A DNA stretch of 64,000 nucleotides from Octopus sinensis (Eukaryota), in contig NC_042997.1 in NCBI RefSeq assembly GCF_006345805.1, positions 179,986,001-180,050,000 of the forward strand, written 5' to 3'. The notes beneath the pieces are model-generated. The model ran no database searches. It saw nothing but the letters and a program-made list of their open reading frames with translations, and was not told where the DNA came from. The position numbers and the translations under genes were made by a program. Positions 13,585 through 27,594 of this stretch are shown here, piece after piece (positions within the stretch are counted from its first letter, which is position 1; each line of letters opens with the position of its first letter).

Positions 13585-13914
13585 GTATGTATATGCATAT
13601 ATATAACCCTAGAAACAATGAAGCCCTCAACTTTCATCAATAAATATCCTGCACAACTCAATATGAAGGCAAAGCACAATACAGAACACTACTAATTTTG
13701 CAATTAATACAACTATTCCTCCATACATCCCATACACCATTCACATTATAGAATTATATCTACCCTAACTACACCAAATCCAGAACTACGTAAACTTTCA
13801 CACAAGGACTAGTAAACACGACACCGTTCGTTAATCGGTGCGCATTCAAACCAGTGAACGTTAATTTTACGAAACTGGTGTGCCTTTGAATCTCTTTAAC
13901 AATTCACAATAATG

Positions 13915-14017
<103 letters not shown>

Positions 14018-14342
14018 TTATATATATATATATATAGACACCGACACAGACACACAAACACACACACACACACACACGCACACACACACGTCAACATAAC
14101 GGCCTGCTAACAACACTGCCTGTGTATATATAAACCGTGGGTGTTGGGGTATGACACTTACGTATATTTTCTTTTAGTACTGGGAATGTTTCACTAATGA
14201 TGACGTACTCTCGTACTTGTCAGAGTGTTGTGTCCTTCGGGTGCTTGGATAAAAGGTGGAAGTCAAGTTGACCCAGTGTGCCACCATATTGGTCTTTGGT
14301 ATTTTTTGTTATACGCTAAGTGAAACAATGGTGTTGTTAAAG

Positions 14343-14475
14343 GGCTAACGTTTTAAAACCGGTACCTAATGTTTTATTCTGAGTAGATCACAAACAGGAA
14401 TACCGCGTGTACACATTTATAAATACGCACGGAATTACAAGCATCAACATGGAGTCAAATCATCCTGTAAAGGCT

Positions 14476-14477
<2 letters not shown>
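14343..14477. repeat. Dispersed repeat copy 1 (about 135 bp), ends CATCCTGTAAAGGCTTA at a (GATA)n run
   Basis: Aligns by eye with 16820-16955. Confidence 0.8.
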
Positions 14478-14527
<50 letters not shown>

Positions 14528-14592
14528 CAGTCAAATATATATATCTGTATGTATATATGTATATATGTGCATATATGCACATATATGTAATA

Positions 14593-14737
<145 letters not shown>

Positions 14738-14739
14738 GC

Positions 14740-15160
14740 TTTACTCTTTTACTCTTTTACTTGTTTCAGTCATTTGACTGCGGTCATGCTGGAGCACCGT
14801 CTTTAATCGAGCAACTCGACCCCGAGACTTATTCTTTGTAAGGCCAGTACTTATTCTATCGGTCTCTTTTGCCGAAACGCTAAGTGATGGGGACGTAAAC
14901 ACACCAGCATCGATTGTCAAGCAATGCTAGGGGGACAAACACACACACATACACACACACACACACACACATACACGCATATATATATACATATATACGA
15001 CAGGCTTCTTTCAGTTTCCGTCTACCAAATCCACTCACAAGGCATTGGTCGGCCTGTGGCTATAGCAGAAGACACTTGCCCAAGATGCCACGCAGTGGGA
15101 CTGAACCCGGAACCATGTGGTTGGTTAGCAAGCTACTTACCTCGCAGCCACTCCTGCGCC

Positions 15161-15161
<1 letters not shown>
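14740..15161 (-). mobile_element. Complete CORE-type SINE (OR-like) with internal CA/TA linker
   Basis: Reverse complement starts AGGCGCAGGAGTGGCTGCGAGGTAAGTAGC, has B-box GGTTCAGTCCC and CORE-like CTTGGGCAAGTGTC, and ends in (AAAAGAGT)n; inserted in (TA)n. Confidence 0.9.
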
Positions 15162-15194
<33 letters not shown>

Positions 15195-16819
15195 ATATAC
15201 AGAAAGAGAGAGAGAAAGCATGTCCCAATCATCAGGAAAAGTCGTCCTACTTGTAATCACGATAAGATATAGAATTATGGTGTAGAGAGAAACATGGTGC
15301 AGTTTGAGAGAGGAACAGAAGAAATAAGAAATGAAAAGAGCAAAAATTGAGACATTTAGATTGGGAGGAATTAGCAGATTACGAATGGAATATAGGCAGA
15401 TATTGAAAAGATCAGCGAGAGAGGATCCATCTCTAGGTAATATGAGGTGAACGTAAGAGAAAATGCTAGTCAGAATGTGCAAGGAGATGAAAAAAGGAGA
15501 AAGGAGCGAGAAGAACTAGACAGAGAGATATACACAGAGAAAGCAAAACTTAACGGTCAAAAGAACAAGTACATAGAGAGAAAAGACGAGAATGACATCA
15601 GTGAAAGGCTTGTAAGTGTAGCTGAGAAGAAATTGTTGGAAAGTAAAACAAGGAATCAAGAGTGGGTGAAGGAAGTACAGAGAAGAAAAGAAACGTGTAC
15701 ATGGTTGGGACAAGTAAACAATGTTAAGTGGAAGAAAGGGGGGTGGTTTAAGGAAGGCAGGAAAGAATAACAAGTTGAACACTGACATAAAAATAGGAAG
15801 AAGTACATGTAAAAATATAAAACTTTAGAACTTTTGCGATAGAACACACTCCAAAATTAATTAAGACAATTTAAATCATTTTAAATAATTAAACAATTAA
15901 AATGAAAAATAAAATTATAAGAATTTATAGTCGTTTCGAATAATTACAAGATTATAAAATGCTCTTTAAAATGGTTGCTAGCGAGAGTGTAGGAGCTGGT
16001 AGGATGAGGATAATGAATGTAGCAGAAGAAAGCTCTAAGAAGGCGGAGTAAAAATTTTGTATTGAAGAAGGGGAAATGTAGGTTTGGTGTTGGGTAGATA
16101 ATGCAGAGAGACGACAGTTGACTAGATACCTGTAAATAATAATAACATAAGTATTAGGAAAAAATTAATTATAAAACGTATAGTAAAGGGGTAAATGAAG
16201 AGTTTGTTAAATCATTACAATCATTAAAACGGTTTAGAATATGAAGGATAATTAAGATAATGTAGTTCAAATTAATATACAAATTCCAAGAAAAGTTTTT
16301 AAGTATGTTTTAGAAATTAATTCAAGATAATGTGATTAAATGTTAATATTAAAAAAGATCTTTCCGAAGTGGGATGAGAGGTCATTGCAGTTACAAAAGC
16401 TGAGAATAATTAGGCTCACCGTGGTATAAATTATGACTAATAACAAAAGGAAGTGGTATGTAATAGCTATAATTGTGGATAGTAACACTGCATATAATCA
16501 AGCATTTAACTGCATGTGAGTGTGAACAAGGAAAGAAGCACAGCTAAGTTGGTACGAGGCGTAAATGGGGGAGGCGCGAAGAAGAGGACAGATTGTTAAT
16601 TAGAAATCGTATATGATCAGCTTACAAAGGTCATGTTACAAATCCAGGCAAGACAAAATTTTATAAACAAGAAGTGTATGACAAATCAGGGAAAATGTAA
16701 AAGTAAAAGATGAACAATTATGTGGTCTGAAGATGAGTATTGACTGTTGGAAAAAGCTTCAAATACTTGCAAACAAGAAAGACAGTTTTACTCAAAATGA
16801 GGCAACGGTCTAGTAAAAT

Positions 16820-16955
16820 GGCTAATGTTGTAAAAGCGGTACCCGATGCTTTATTCTAAGTAGATGTCAAAGAGGAAGACCGCGTGGACACATTTATCAA
16901 TGCCCACAAAAATTACAAGCATCAGTATGGAGTGAAAGCATCCTGTAAAGGCTTA
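16820..16955. repeat. Dispersed repeat copy 2, ends CATCCTGTAAAGGCTTA at a (TA)n/(GATA)n run
   Basis: Aligns by eye with 14343-14477; same terminal nucleotide. Confidence 0.8.
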
Positions 16956-17004
16956 TATATATATATATATATAATATATATATATATATATTATATATAT
17001 ATAT

Positions 17005-17049
<45 letters not shown>

Positions 17050-17126
17050 CAGACAGAGAGACAGACTGATAAACATATATATATATATAATATATATATA
17101 TATTTCTTTTTTTATTTTATAGAAGG

Positions 17127-17177
17127 AGCTTCTACAGGACTAGAACTGTTTCATTCAAAAGAAATCATCAGGAAGCT
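17127..17177 (-). ncRNA. Compact hammerhead ribozyme type I, core intact
   Basis: Minus strand AGCTTC-CTGATGA-TTTCTTTTGAAT-GAAA-CAGTTCTAGTCCTG-TA-GAAGCT: 6-bp stem I, 3-bp stems II and III, GUA site; U.U mismatch at the 10.1-11.1 position. Confidence 0.8.
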
Positions 17178-17396
17178 AGTAGACAAGAGTTGTTTTGGCA
17201 TTTATACATTTAGGCAGGTTTAAATGGGTGGTGGTGGGGGACTTTTTTTGGGGGTAGGCATGGCGCAAAACTGTCATTATAAGGGGAGTGGTCAAAGGAA
17301 TCGGTGGTAAAGTAGATAAAAGAATAAATAAAGGGATAAAAAATAAAAAAATATAAATAGAAAAATAGGGTTTTAGGCAAGCAGGGAGACTCCCAC

Positions 17397-18329
17397 TTGT
17401 ACATCCACATATATATATATATACACATATATACACCCGCATATTCACATATATCTATACATATACATACATACCCACACATACATACATACACATACAT
17501 ATACGCACATATATACGTACATATATACATACATATATATATATACATACATACACATACATATACACACATATATATATACATACATATACACATATAT
17601 ATACACACACACCCATGCACGCACACACAGATACACATATACATACACATACATACATATATGTATACCCACTCGCACAGACATATACAAATGCACATAC
17701 ATGCACACACACACACACACACCCTTACTCTCCCATTTTAATTTTATTATTACTACCCCTGTCTATATCTCTATTTTTACTTCCATCTTGACCGGTCAAT
17801 CGGTCTCAAGGGACGATCCAAAGACTCCGTCTACTTACCTACACAAACGCAGGCACCCACCCACGCCCACATACCCACACGCACACACACGTACGTGCCA
17901 CATCCATACACGCACACATCCACATACACTCACGTACACCCACATACACGCACACACACACACACCCCAACACACCAACAGAAGACCAGTCCATGTGTTA
18001 TATTCATACACGCATACATCTACACACATTCACGTATATTCACATACACGCATACACATACATACCTCAACACACTCACAGAAGACCAGTCCATACACAT
18101 ACACCAACCAATATATATACACACATACATACACACACACATACACATACATACATATACATACACATATACACATATATATATATACATATATACTCAT
18201 ACACATATACATACACATACACACTCATACATATATACACACACACGTACATATACATATACATATACACATATATATATGCTAGAAATACCAGCGATAA
18301 TAATTAATTTTATTTTATCGCAATTTGAC

Positions 18330-18371
<42 letters not shown>

Positions 18372-18613
18372 GGAAGCTTTATGAAAATATATACACATAT
18401 ACACACATACACATACACATATACATGCGCACACATACACACACACACACACGCGTGAGCGCGCCTCCACATATACACACAAGTACATACATGCATAAAT
18501 GTATACATATGTCTACACACATGCACACACATCCACACACACACGGGCCTCCCCATGTTCATAAAACCATACATGCATACAGGCATATACATACACACAT
18601 ACATGCATACTCA

Positions 18614-18681
<68 letters not shown>

Positions 18682-18840
18682 TAATAATAATAATAAAAAT
18701 AATAAATATATATACGTGCAGTTACCCATTATACAAACGGACACATACATATAAACATACCCATATATACCTATTTACACATATGTATATATACATACAT
18801 ACACACATAACTCTACATACCTACATATATATATATATAT
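17397..18840. repeat. Long degenerate (CA/TA)n low-complexity region with an (AAT)n block
   Basis: Directly visible; explains all the H/T/Y/I-rich ORFs here. Confidence 0.9.
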
Positions 18841-19089
18841 GGAAAAAAGTCAAGATAGAAAATGCTAAAATAATTTTCTAAAAAAATATTTCAGTACCGG
18901 TTTCAGTCATTGAGACTACTTCAACTGTAACAATTAAACAATTAAATTCAGAAAAATTAAAAGAAAAGTTTTTTTTTAAAAGACTATTTGTATAGTGTTC
19001 AAATACAAGTGGTATTTTCCTTGTTTTTGCCTGTTTCTGTCTCTCTTGTTTACCCTTGTGGGTTCGAGGTTGTTGTAATTATTGGTAGG

Positions 19090-19197
19090 GAAGAAGAAGA
19101 AGAAGAAGAAGAAGAAGAAGAAGAAGAAGAAGAAGAAGAAGGAGAAGAAGAAGAAGAAGAAGAAGAAGAAGAAGAAGAAGAAGAAGAAAAAGAAGAA
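19090..19197. repeat. (GAA)n microsatellite
   Basis: Directly visible. Confidence 0.97.
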
Positions 19198-19313
19198 TGT
19201 GGGAGTGCCATGACAGTAGTATGTTGAATGGTCAGCTGAGTTGCTGCCCCTAAAATGACCCACAGTTGATGGTAGCAGTCGCTGTTCAATTTGCGTAGGT
19301 GTTAATCTAAACA

Positions 19314-19378
<65 letters not shown>

Positions 19379-20617
19379 TATGTATGTATATATATTCATA
19401 GGTGACCATTGGTTTGGCACCTATAAAGCGTTTAGCATTATAGGCTACTCGACAGAGAAATATTGCCATAGTTTACTTCTACGCTTCACTACCGCAAAAT
19501 AGGTTGTTTTATAGTGCATGGTTAGAGTCGACCAATTCAAGATACTACAGATAGCACTTAGGTTATTGGTATTCTTAGAGAAAAATAAATTTAACAGAAT
19601 TTGAACATTATACAATGTTTTAACGACGAACTTACCACAAGGTACTCTGTAAGAAATTCTCTCTCATATTTTTGTTGCATCGCTTTTATAATACATTTTT
19701 ATTTAAAAATGTAGATCTGCCCTTCTATTTTTTTTATTACGTAAAGAACGGATCAATTGTTCTTTAAACTGCTGTTTTTCAATCAATAAATGAGAAACAA
19801 AATTGAAGGAAAACAAACAGGGCGTCGTTTTCTTTAAAATAAATAAACATATTCAACGATATTAGAATAACAACTGAAATAACATTAGGATGATGAAAAT
19901 AATAGCACAAAACACATAAGCAACAACATCATATATATGACGTAAAAATTCACAACGACAAAAAAGATGATAATAATTGATATTAATAAAAATAAACTAT
20001 ACAATATAAAAGTATTAGAATCAATCATAAATAATTTATTAAGATTAAGAAATATTTCCTTTAAAAAATACGGAAAAAAATTTAATTCAATAAAAATCTC
20101 ATGAGATGAATCTTAACATGTTACTGTATGCAGCAAGCTGCATTTGTCATGAATACATATTGCTGATAAAAACAGATCCCTGTTACTTTAAAAACAGTTT
20201 CGAAACGTTCAATATCTATTAATCTCCAGTATAACGTAGTTGTAATAGAAGAAGAGAGTTGTAAAAGAGGGGATATGAGATGAAAATATAACAACAGACA
20301 GAAAAACAGGACAAAGCAAAGTTGTTTTGAATATATATCTTCTGTATTGAAGTTACACAAACATCTCTGGCTTGAACGATATTTTCTTTAAGACTAAGCA
20401 CAACTGCTTTATTCTCTTTTTACTTGTAGATAGATTGTTGTCTTTTCTGATATCATTGTTATTACTATTATAGGATTATTTGTCAACAATAATAACACCA
20501 AATGCATTTATCAAGTAATTTTTTAATGAAGTAATTACAAACGTAAACGTTTATTTCAGGCATATTGAAAGGTTTTTGAAGGCATTCAAGATATAGCTGG
20601 TATGATAATGATATATT

Positions 20618-21036
20618 TAAGGCGGCGTCCTGGCAGAATCGTTAGCACGCCGGGCGAAATGCGTAGCCGTATTTCGTCTGCCGTTACGTTCTGAGTTCAA
20701 ATTCCGCCGAGGTCGACTTTGCCTTTCATCCTTTCGGGGTCGATAAATTAAGTACCAGCTACACACTGGGGTCGATATAATCGACTTAATCCGTTTGTCT
20801 GTCCTTGTTTGTCCCCTCTGTGTTTAGCCCCTTGTGGGTAATAAAGAAATAGGTATTTCGTTTGCCGCTACGTTCTGAGATCAAATTCCGCCGAGGTCGA
20901 CTTTGCCTTTCATACATTCAGGGTCGATTAAATAAGTACCAGTTACGCACTCGGGTCGATATAATCGACTTAATCCGTTTGTCTGTCCTTGTTTGTCCTC
21001 TCTGTGTTTAGCCCCTTGTGGGTAGTAAAGATATAA
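20618..21036 (+). mobile_element. OK-like SINE dimer (full unit + headless unit) with 18-bp target-site duplication
   Basis: Unit 1 GGCGGCGTCCTGGCAGAATCGTTAGC to AAAGAAATAG (20852); unit 2 restarts at GTATTTCG; GTATGATAATGATATATT at 20600-20617 and 21037-21054. Confidence 0.92.
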
Positions 21037-21187
21037 GTATGATAATGATATATTGGTGTATCATGATAGAGGTTTAGAAAATTGGTTATCGACTCCAATG
21101 TTAACAACGAATGTAGCAATATTCTCTGACATGAGAGAAAATACTGAAAGGAGTTGATAGATATTTTCAATTAATTGTAGCGTTTTG

Positions 21188-22483
21188 CGAGGGTCGGCCG
21201 AAAGCTTCATAGTCTGATCCATATAAACACATGGAAAGCGGCCAAATGAGGTTTTATTTTTTCAGCACGGTCCACGGTGTCTTTCCATCGGTGTTCCAGT
21301 ACTTGGATAACATTGATGAAGAAGATTTTATCTTACTGGTCCCCAAAGTCATCAACAACACATAAAAAGGTTATCATCACTGCGATACTTGTTCTCAGCT
21401 AAGTAGTTTTCCATAGTGAGGATAGATGATAGTCAGATGGGACTAAAGCAGAAGAATAGGGACGGTGATGACCTAGTTCAAAAGCATAGTCACGCACAGC
21501 ATCCATTGAAACGAAGGACTTGTGTGCTGGAGCTGAAGCATTGTCCTGTTGAAGCAAGTCCCATTTCGTCAGTTATCCTGGGCGTTTGGTTTAGATTGAC
21601 GTTTGTTTCTGCCTCAGCAAGTTGGCATTGTGGGCGTGGCCCTTTGGAAGATAATCAAGAAGCACAATGCCTTTTATATTCCAAAAACCTGAGGCCGTTA
21701 CGTTCCATGTAGATGAAGCGACCGTGGCTTTCCTTCAAGCGGGTGAGGAACGGTGTTTCCACTGCATAGATTATGTTTTTGTCTCTGGCTCAAAGTGATG
21801 AACTCTGCACACATCTTTCATTAGGAAACGTTCAAGGAAATCAGCTGCATCTGACTCAAAAGATGTCAGAATTTCTCTTGATGTGATCATCCTGCTGCGC
21901 TTTTTATCAGTTCTCAGAAGTCGTGGAACATACCGAACAGAAACTTTCATCATACCAAATTTATTGTGCAGAATATTCTCAACTCTCACAAGAGATGTGC
22001 TAATAGCATTGACTATTTGATTTATTGTCTTTCATCTGTCTTCCACCAGCATGTGGTGAACACGTCCAATGTTTTCATAGGTGGTGACAGTTGCATTACA
22101 CCCAGACCATAGGTCATATTCAAGACATTCTCTTCCCCTTTTAAATTTAGTTGCCCGCTTTTACACTGTTGGTAAAGTTGAGGCGTTATCCCCTAATGTA
22201 GCAAATATTGTAGCATGGTTGCTACATTAAGAAATAATGAAGTCCTTGAGGAATAAGCCGTTTTTCTATAAGTACTTAATAACACGACGATGCCTCATTC
22301 TCTCTACTTTCAAGAGATGTCTCTACCACTTACATTTGAAGTCTTTTGTGAAATGTCATTCTCAGTTCACGTGGAAACAAACAACGGAGTTGTTAATGAG
22401 AAGAATTGAAATGAATGTCTGCAACATTTCACTTTTCTGGCGTTTCTCCTTTATAGTTAGCCTATGAACAGTTTAGCTTATAT
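21188..22483 (-). mobile_element. Degenerate near-full-length mariner (irritans-like)
   Basis: Minus-strand motifs MRHRRVIKYL, KVSVRYVPRLL, HFEPETK.SMQWKH, GIVLLDYLPKG, QQDNA, PYSSALVPSDYHL; degenerate TIRs CGAGGGTCGGCCGAAAGCTTCATAGTCTGA (21188) and TTAGCCTATGAACAGTTTAGC (about 22457). Confidence 0.85.
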
Positions 22484-22606
22484 TTAAAAAAAGAAAACTA
22501 AGAACTCTTATACGGCGATAAGAATCACTACAAAAAGTGTTCTAGCATACAAAATTTACTATAAATAAGGACCAATGACAACGACTACGTTTAATGTATT
22601 GAGAGG

Positions 22607-23012
22607 TATTAAAAAGGGCATATTCGTAGGCCCTCAGATTCAACTAAGAGATGTTGAGGATTCAAGGTGACAATGGATGAAACTGCGATAGTGGCCTGGC
22701 ATGCATTCAAAGATGTATGCAAAGGACTTCTGGGAAAGCACCAAGTGGCCTAGTGAGAGAGTATACTGGAGAGCTTACCAAGGTCTCGGATGCAATATGT
22801 CACTGAAGATACATTTTCTTCATTCTCATGTTTTTCTTCCCAGAGAATATAGGAGGTGTGAGTGATATGCATGGAGAGAGAGGTTCCGTCAAGATATAGC
22901 GTCAATGGAAAACAGGTATAAGGGAAAATCTAGCCCAGCTCTGTTGGGTGATTCCAGCTGGAAACTGAATCGTGATACACCTGAGATGTCTTATAAACTA
23001 AGTAAATACTAA
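22607..23012 (+). pseudogene. C-terminal DNA transposase fragment, probably Chapaev3 type
   Basis: IKKGIFVGPQI, AWHAFKDVCKGLLG, LGCNMSLKIHFLHSH, FPENIGGVSDMHGERFRQDIASMENRYKG, W.LNRD. Transposase origin is clear; the family name is from recall of these motifs. Confidence 0.7.
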
Positions 23013-23896
23013 AATATAGTTAAGAATATTATATAATGCTAAAAAACATGCCGATTCCTTATATATTTAGGAATTAATTACAATGGACATATCTAATCTG
23101 ACTTTGAGCGCAAAATAAATTGATCGTGGAAGTTGGTTTAAGCTGGAAGTATTGTTAACATACCGGGCAAAATGCTTAGCGGTAATTTACAAGAAAATGT
23201 AACATGATGGGGAATTTTTCTTATAGAATTCGAAATTAGTACAATGAACGTCATAATAAAATGTACATAAAAGCTGTTTTTTTCTTGAACCTGAAATCTA
23301 CCTTCTAGAACTATCAGCTTAATCTCCTTCCAGTCTCATTTACATCAGTATTCTGTTTGCAAAGTAAATACTCTACGTTTAATAATGTAATGATGTGGTA
23401 GTTACCGGCATATTTTTTCTGGCAACATCGATTTCGTGAATGAATTATACACTAGGCAGAGTATATGAATTAATTAGGCGCTGCAATTATTCTTAAATTA
23501 GAAACATAAGATCCAAAATATTTTCACTGATTCTCATATTCTATAGGAACTTTAGAATGCATTACTATTTCACCAGGGTTCAAACGTTAACTGTTCGTAT
23601 GCTTAAGTCACGTTGACAATGGAAAACATACAGCACACTGGTTTAACTTACGAGGTTGAAAAATCGTTTTCAATAAATTTAAATGTCAAGATAGCTCCCT
23701 TATGAAATAAAAATATAAGGTTAGTTAATATTTTGATAACTTACCCAAATAGTTATTCATAACAGTCCATTTTTCATCAGATAGGAATTTCCAGATAAGT
23801 TTAGTCTTCGTTAACTCATAGTATTTGGGACAGTTTGCTTGCTAGAATATTTCTTGAAACATGTTAGACAACGATGTAATGTTATCTTTATTTCAG

Positions 23897-23960
23897 AGTT
23901 GCCAAAATATTGGCTCATTTTAGTAATGGAGCTGCCGTATTTAGAATGATGGATTATAAA
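23897..23960 (+). CDS. Candidate 64-nt exon (phase 2-0)
   Basis: Acceptor gttatctttatttcag, donor gtatgc; the only open frame is VAKILAHFSNGAAVFRMMDYK. Confidence 0.3.
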
Positions 23961-26900
23961 GTATGCAATGCATAATCAGTTAGTTGATCCTTTAAAGGAA
24001 TATAAATCAATACTGAATATACACATGCATAGATATTAAGTAATAAATCTGCAAGATGATAATGTACAAAATATATTTCATAAATATGTGTACCAAAGTA
24101 ATTGTAATTGAAAAAACAATTACGTTATTTAATATTATCTTCATCCGGCTAAAGTTCTGCCATGCAAACGTTATCTAGCGAAATACGTAATGCTTAATAT
24201 TAGGCTCAAAAAGCAAATAAATTTCAACATGAAAATGCTAGGTAATAAAGATGAAATTTATGACACCGTGTTTTTACGTATATATTTTTTCATTTATGAC
24301 TTTGTTTGTTGTATTAGTTGGAATAAGAACGATAGGACTAATTAGATTCCATTAAAGAATTATCGCTTAGTGATGATTGATAAAGGCCGCTATTGTCATG
24401 CAAGGCGTTGCAATACCGCATTGCAGTGAAATAGGAAGGATATTGAATTAATACTTTTCACTATTTATTTCAACGCCACGTGTTTCTGTTTTCAAATTAA
24501 TAATTCTACCTTAGATGCGTAAATTAAGATTTATATATGGAAAAACAAGTTCTATCAAAATGTGATCATATGTTAAGCAGCATTCAATTTTCCAGGCAAG
24601 TAATATGTCGCATGTTAAGACCCAACATCTATTAGATTTTCCAAGCGACTTTATACAATTAAAGTGAATTTTTTAAATAAATAAATTCGTTTCAAAGAAT
24701 ATTCTATCAGATTACGGCCAGGAAAACTTATATTAACATTTGCGGCCAATATTAAGAATGAATACTTGGTTGTTAACTGAAGAAATGTCAACTAAAAATA
24801 TTAAACTCAGTATTAGAGAGAAACCGTTTAAGATCAACATTCCCATCGTTCTTTAACTAGGCACAATCACATTCGTTTCTAACGAATGAAACGCAGTCAT
24901 GATGTTCGATCATTTCTCACATGCAGTGAATTATTGAAACTGAAATTATAAGCCATGATAAACATTTAATTTCTTGGAAATTAATTTACCTTCCATCAAA
25001 TATGTCACATAAGATTATATTGAAATGGGATGTCTGAAGCTGCCATTATATTAGTTTTTCGGTTATGTATTTCGTAAGCCGGAGAGAACAACAGTATATT
25101 ATTTCTTTAATGGTTAAAGAATAAATACAATAACTATTGTTCCTTAGTTTGTCGATAATATTGCAGATTTAGCTATGTGATTTTAAAGTGGCAGTTTCAG
25201 TGATAAAACTACTATGCTATTTATAATTATATAGCTTCGATATTTCGGGATAAATTTCACAATATCATAACCCAAACAAAACATATTTTCACATACAAAC
25301 CATTAGTTTTATTCACTTGGTACAAGGCCAAAGATTGGAGCAGAAAATATAGACATTGGTAATTATAGTGTTAGAAGTATGAAATACAGCAATCCTGATT
25401 TGAATTTTAGTCCCAGTCACGAGGGAAAAAGGATATGTTAGAAACACTATGAGGAGTGAAAAATGGCGAATTTCTACAGAAAAGCTGAATCTCTTCTGAC
25501 ATTAAATATTGATGTTCTAGCACGGTTCAGTATTCGTCCCAAGAGAAAAAAATCGCAGATATAACCATGGCGTTCGTATCATTTCGATTTAAGAATTTAT
25601 TTTTGTGGAAGTCACAATGGCCTCTTCAGTGCTGTAATTCAAAATACGTATTATGATTTATCGATTCGTTTATGTTTCCTAAAGTCGTAACAGATCTTCA
25701 TATCGTACACAGGTCGGACAGGGAGTCGCTGGAAATATCTAAATTGCATGTCTATTTAGTTGTTAGCTTTTTATCCATTTGATACTTGACATCAGTAACA
25801 CTGTTTCCTGATTAGATTAACATTGCTCTGTTTCAACGTTTACAGTAGACTAGTTTTTCTTCTCCCACCTTGCAAAAACAACGCTTATTTCGATGTGTTT
25901 TAGTTCATGACTAGCATTTAAAACAATGTGTAAATTGATGTAGGAATTTAGTTACTGTATGGAACGTAGACATCCGGTCAGGTGGTGATAGGCCACAACA
26001 AGCATATAATACTAAAATGACATGAAAATTGAAAATATGGCATTCAATCCTTAAAAGCAATTGAACAGGGCTGTGAAAAATGACAACACATATACAGCTA
26101 ATAAAATGTAAGAAGTAGTGGAGGGATGGAAATTTTAGTTTTATATTCATTAATTTGTAAACTAGTTACCATTTCAAATATGCCAGGGACATATTCAAAC
26201 CCGTAAAATGCACTAATTTTGTCAGGGAGAAAAATTCTCGCTGTACACAAAATGGTATATAAACACCAAGTGAGTCAGGAGCTCCTCCTAACCATATCGC
26301 TGGATAAATGCATTTCGCAATAGTTATCTCCTCCTCAGCATCGAACACTGAAGACAGAGGCGCTGAGAACTGACATGAGAGAGTAGGTGTTTCCTATATT
26401 CCAGTCGAAATACTTTGACTGCTTGCGCTAATCGAAGATCTTGATGTAGTAAAATACTAATTAGACGCTCTTAGAAGTAATGTGCACAAATATATACTTC
26501 TTATTAATTCATATATGGCAGAGACATATCGACCCCTTATGAAAACTGTTCATTGCATTTTGTCACGGAGCAGAATTCTCACTACTCACATAAAGTTATA
26601 GAGTTAATCCAGATCGATGGTTGCATGCATTTCGGAGTAGGTTCTTCAGCATCTAACTCTGGAAAACTGACTTATATTTTTGTCGTTCTAAGAGTTAAGT
26701 AATTTTTAGTCTGAAGTATCACTTAGTAGCTATAGAAATTTGATCGAAATAAATTTAGCATCAAGATGTCTGAACTAGGAAGTAATATTGAAAATCGCAT
26801 GACGGAAATTTTTTTAGTATTTGTAGATGACATAAATAAATAGTTAAGAGTATGAAATTCACTCGCATTCCTCGAAGGAACTATCGTTGATTTTCAATAA

Positions 26901-27594
26901 TACATCCGATATGACAGTAATCCAAAACCTTATATCGTATAATTTTTGGAGTGGGTGGGGAGAACTCACCCGTGAAGATCATATTTCATGGAAGATAAAT
27001 ATTGTGCATAAGAATGGCAGAGTAGATAAAACACTGCACGGATAGATATACAAATTATTTGATGTACTTTTCAATTGCACTTTTACAGAAACTAGTAACT
27101 GCAGTAAGAGTTTAGCGATGCCTCTATCACTGCAATTAAATCAACAGTAGTGACTAGTATAGTAAAGCCTGTACTACATATAGTGGTGGACAAGTAGTAA
27201 ACAGGCGTAAATCACACTTGTAAATGAACGAAGCACTGCAAATTACTGTCAAGACTGTAAATATTAACAGAACTTGAAAGCAGATGGACAATGAGAACAA
27301 ATATATGGAAGGAAGCATTAAACACATCTCTTCGATATCTCGAGAGGAAAAGGAAAAAAACACATGCAGTTTTGGAGCCTATTATGCTGAACACAATATA
27401 TTTTTTCCTCAAAGCATGAATATTAAAAGCAGCAATGACTAACAGATGGCAGTAATATTAAACATTATTCAGGTTGGATCCCACTGTTACCAAGACGGCT
27501 TCGATAAAACAGGAAAAATGCGGCAGATGGAGTTCGCAGTTTTGCAAGTGAAATTTGAAGATATAATTGAATATCACTTCGTTTTTCTCATAAG

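Noticed and set aside
15200-16800. Gag-like retroelement with a zinc knuckle near 16465-16510
   Set aside because: Only a broken YNCG..H pattern in purine-rich sequence; too degenerate to call.
23909-23945. Alpha/beta-hydrolase nucleophile motif in ILAHFSNGAAVF
   Set aside because: Only a superficial resemblance to G-x-S-x-G or H-x-F-S-N-G-G; the spacing does not match, so no product is assigned.
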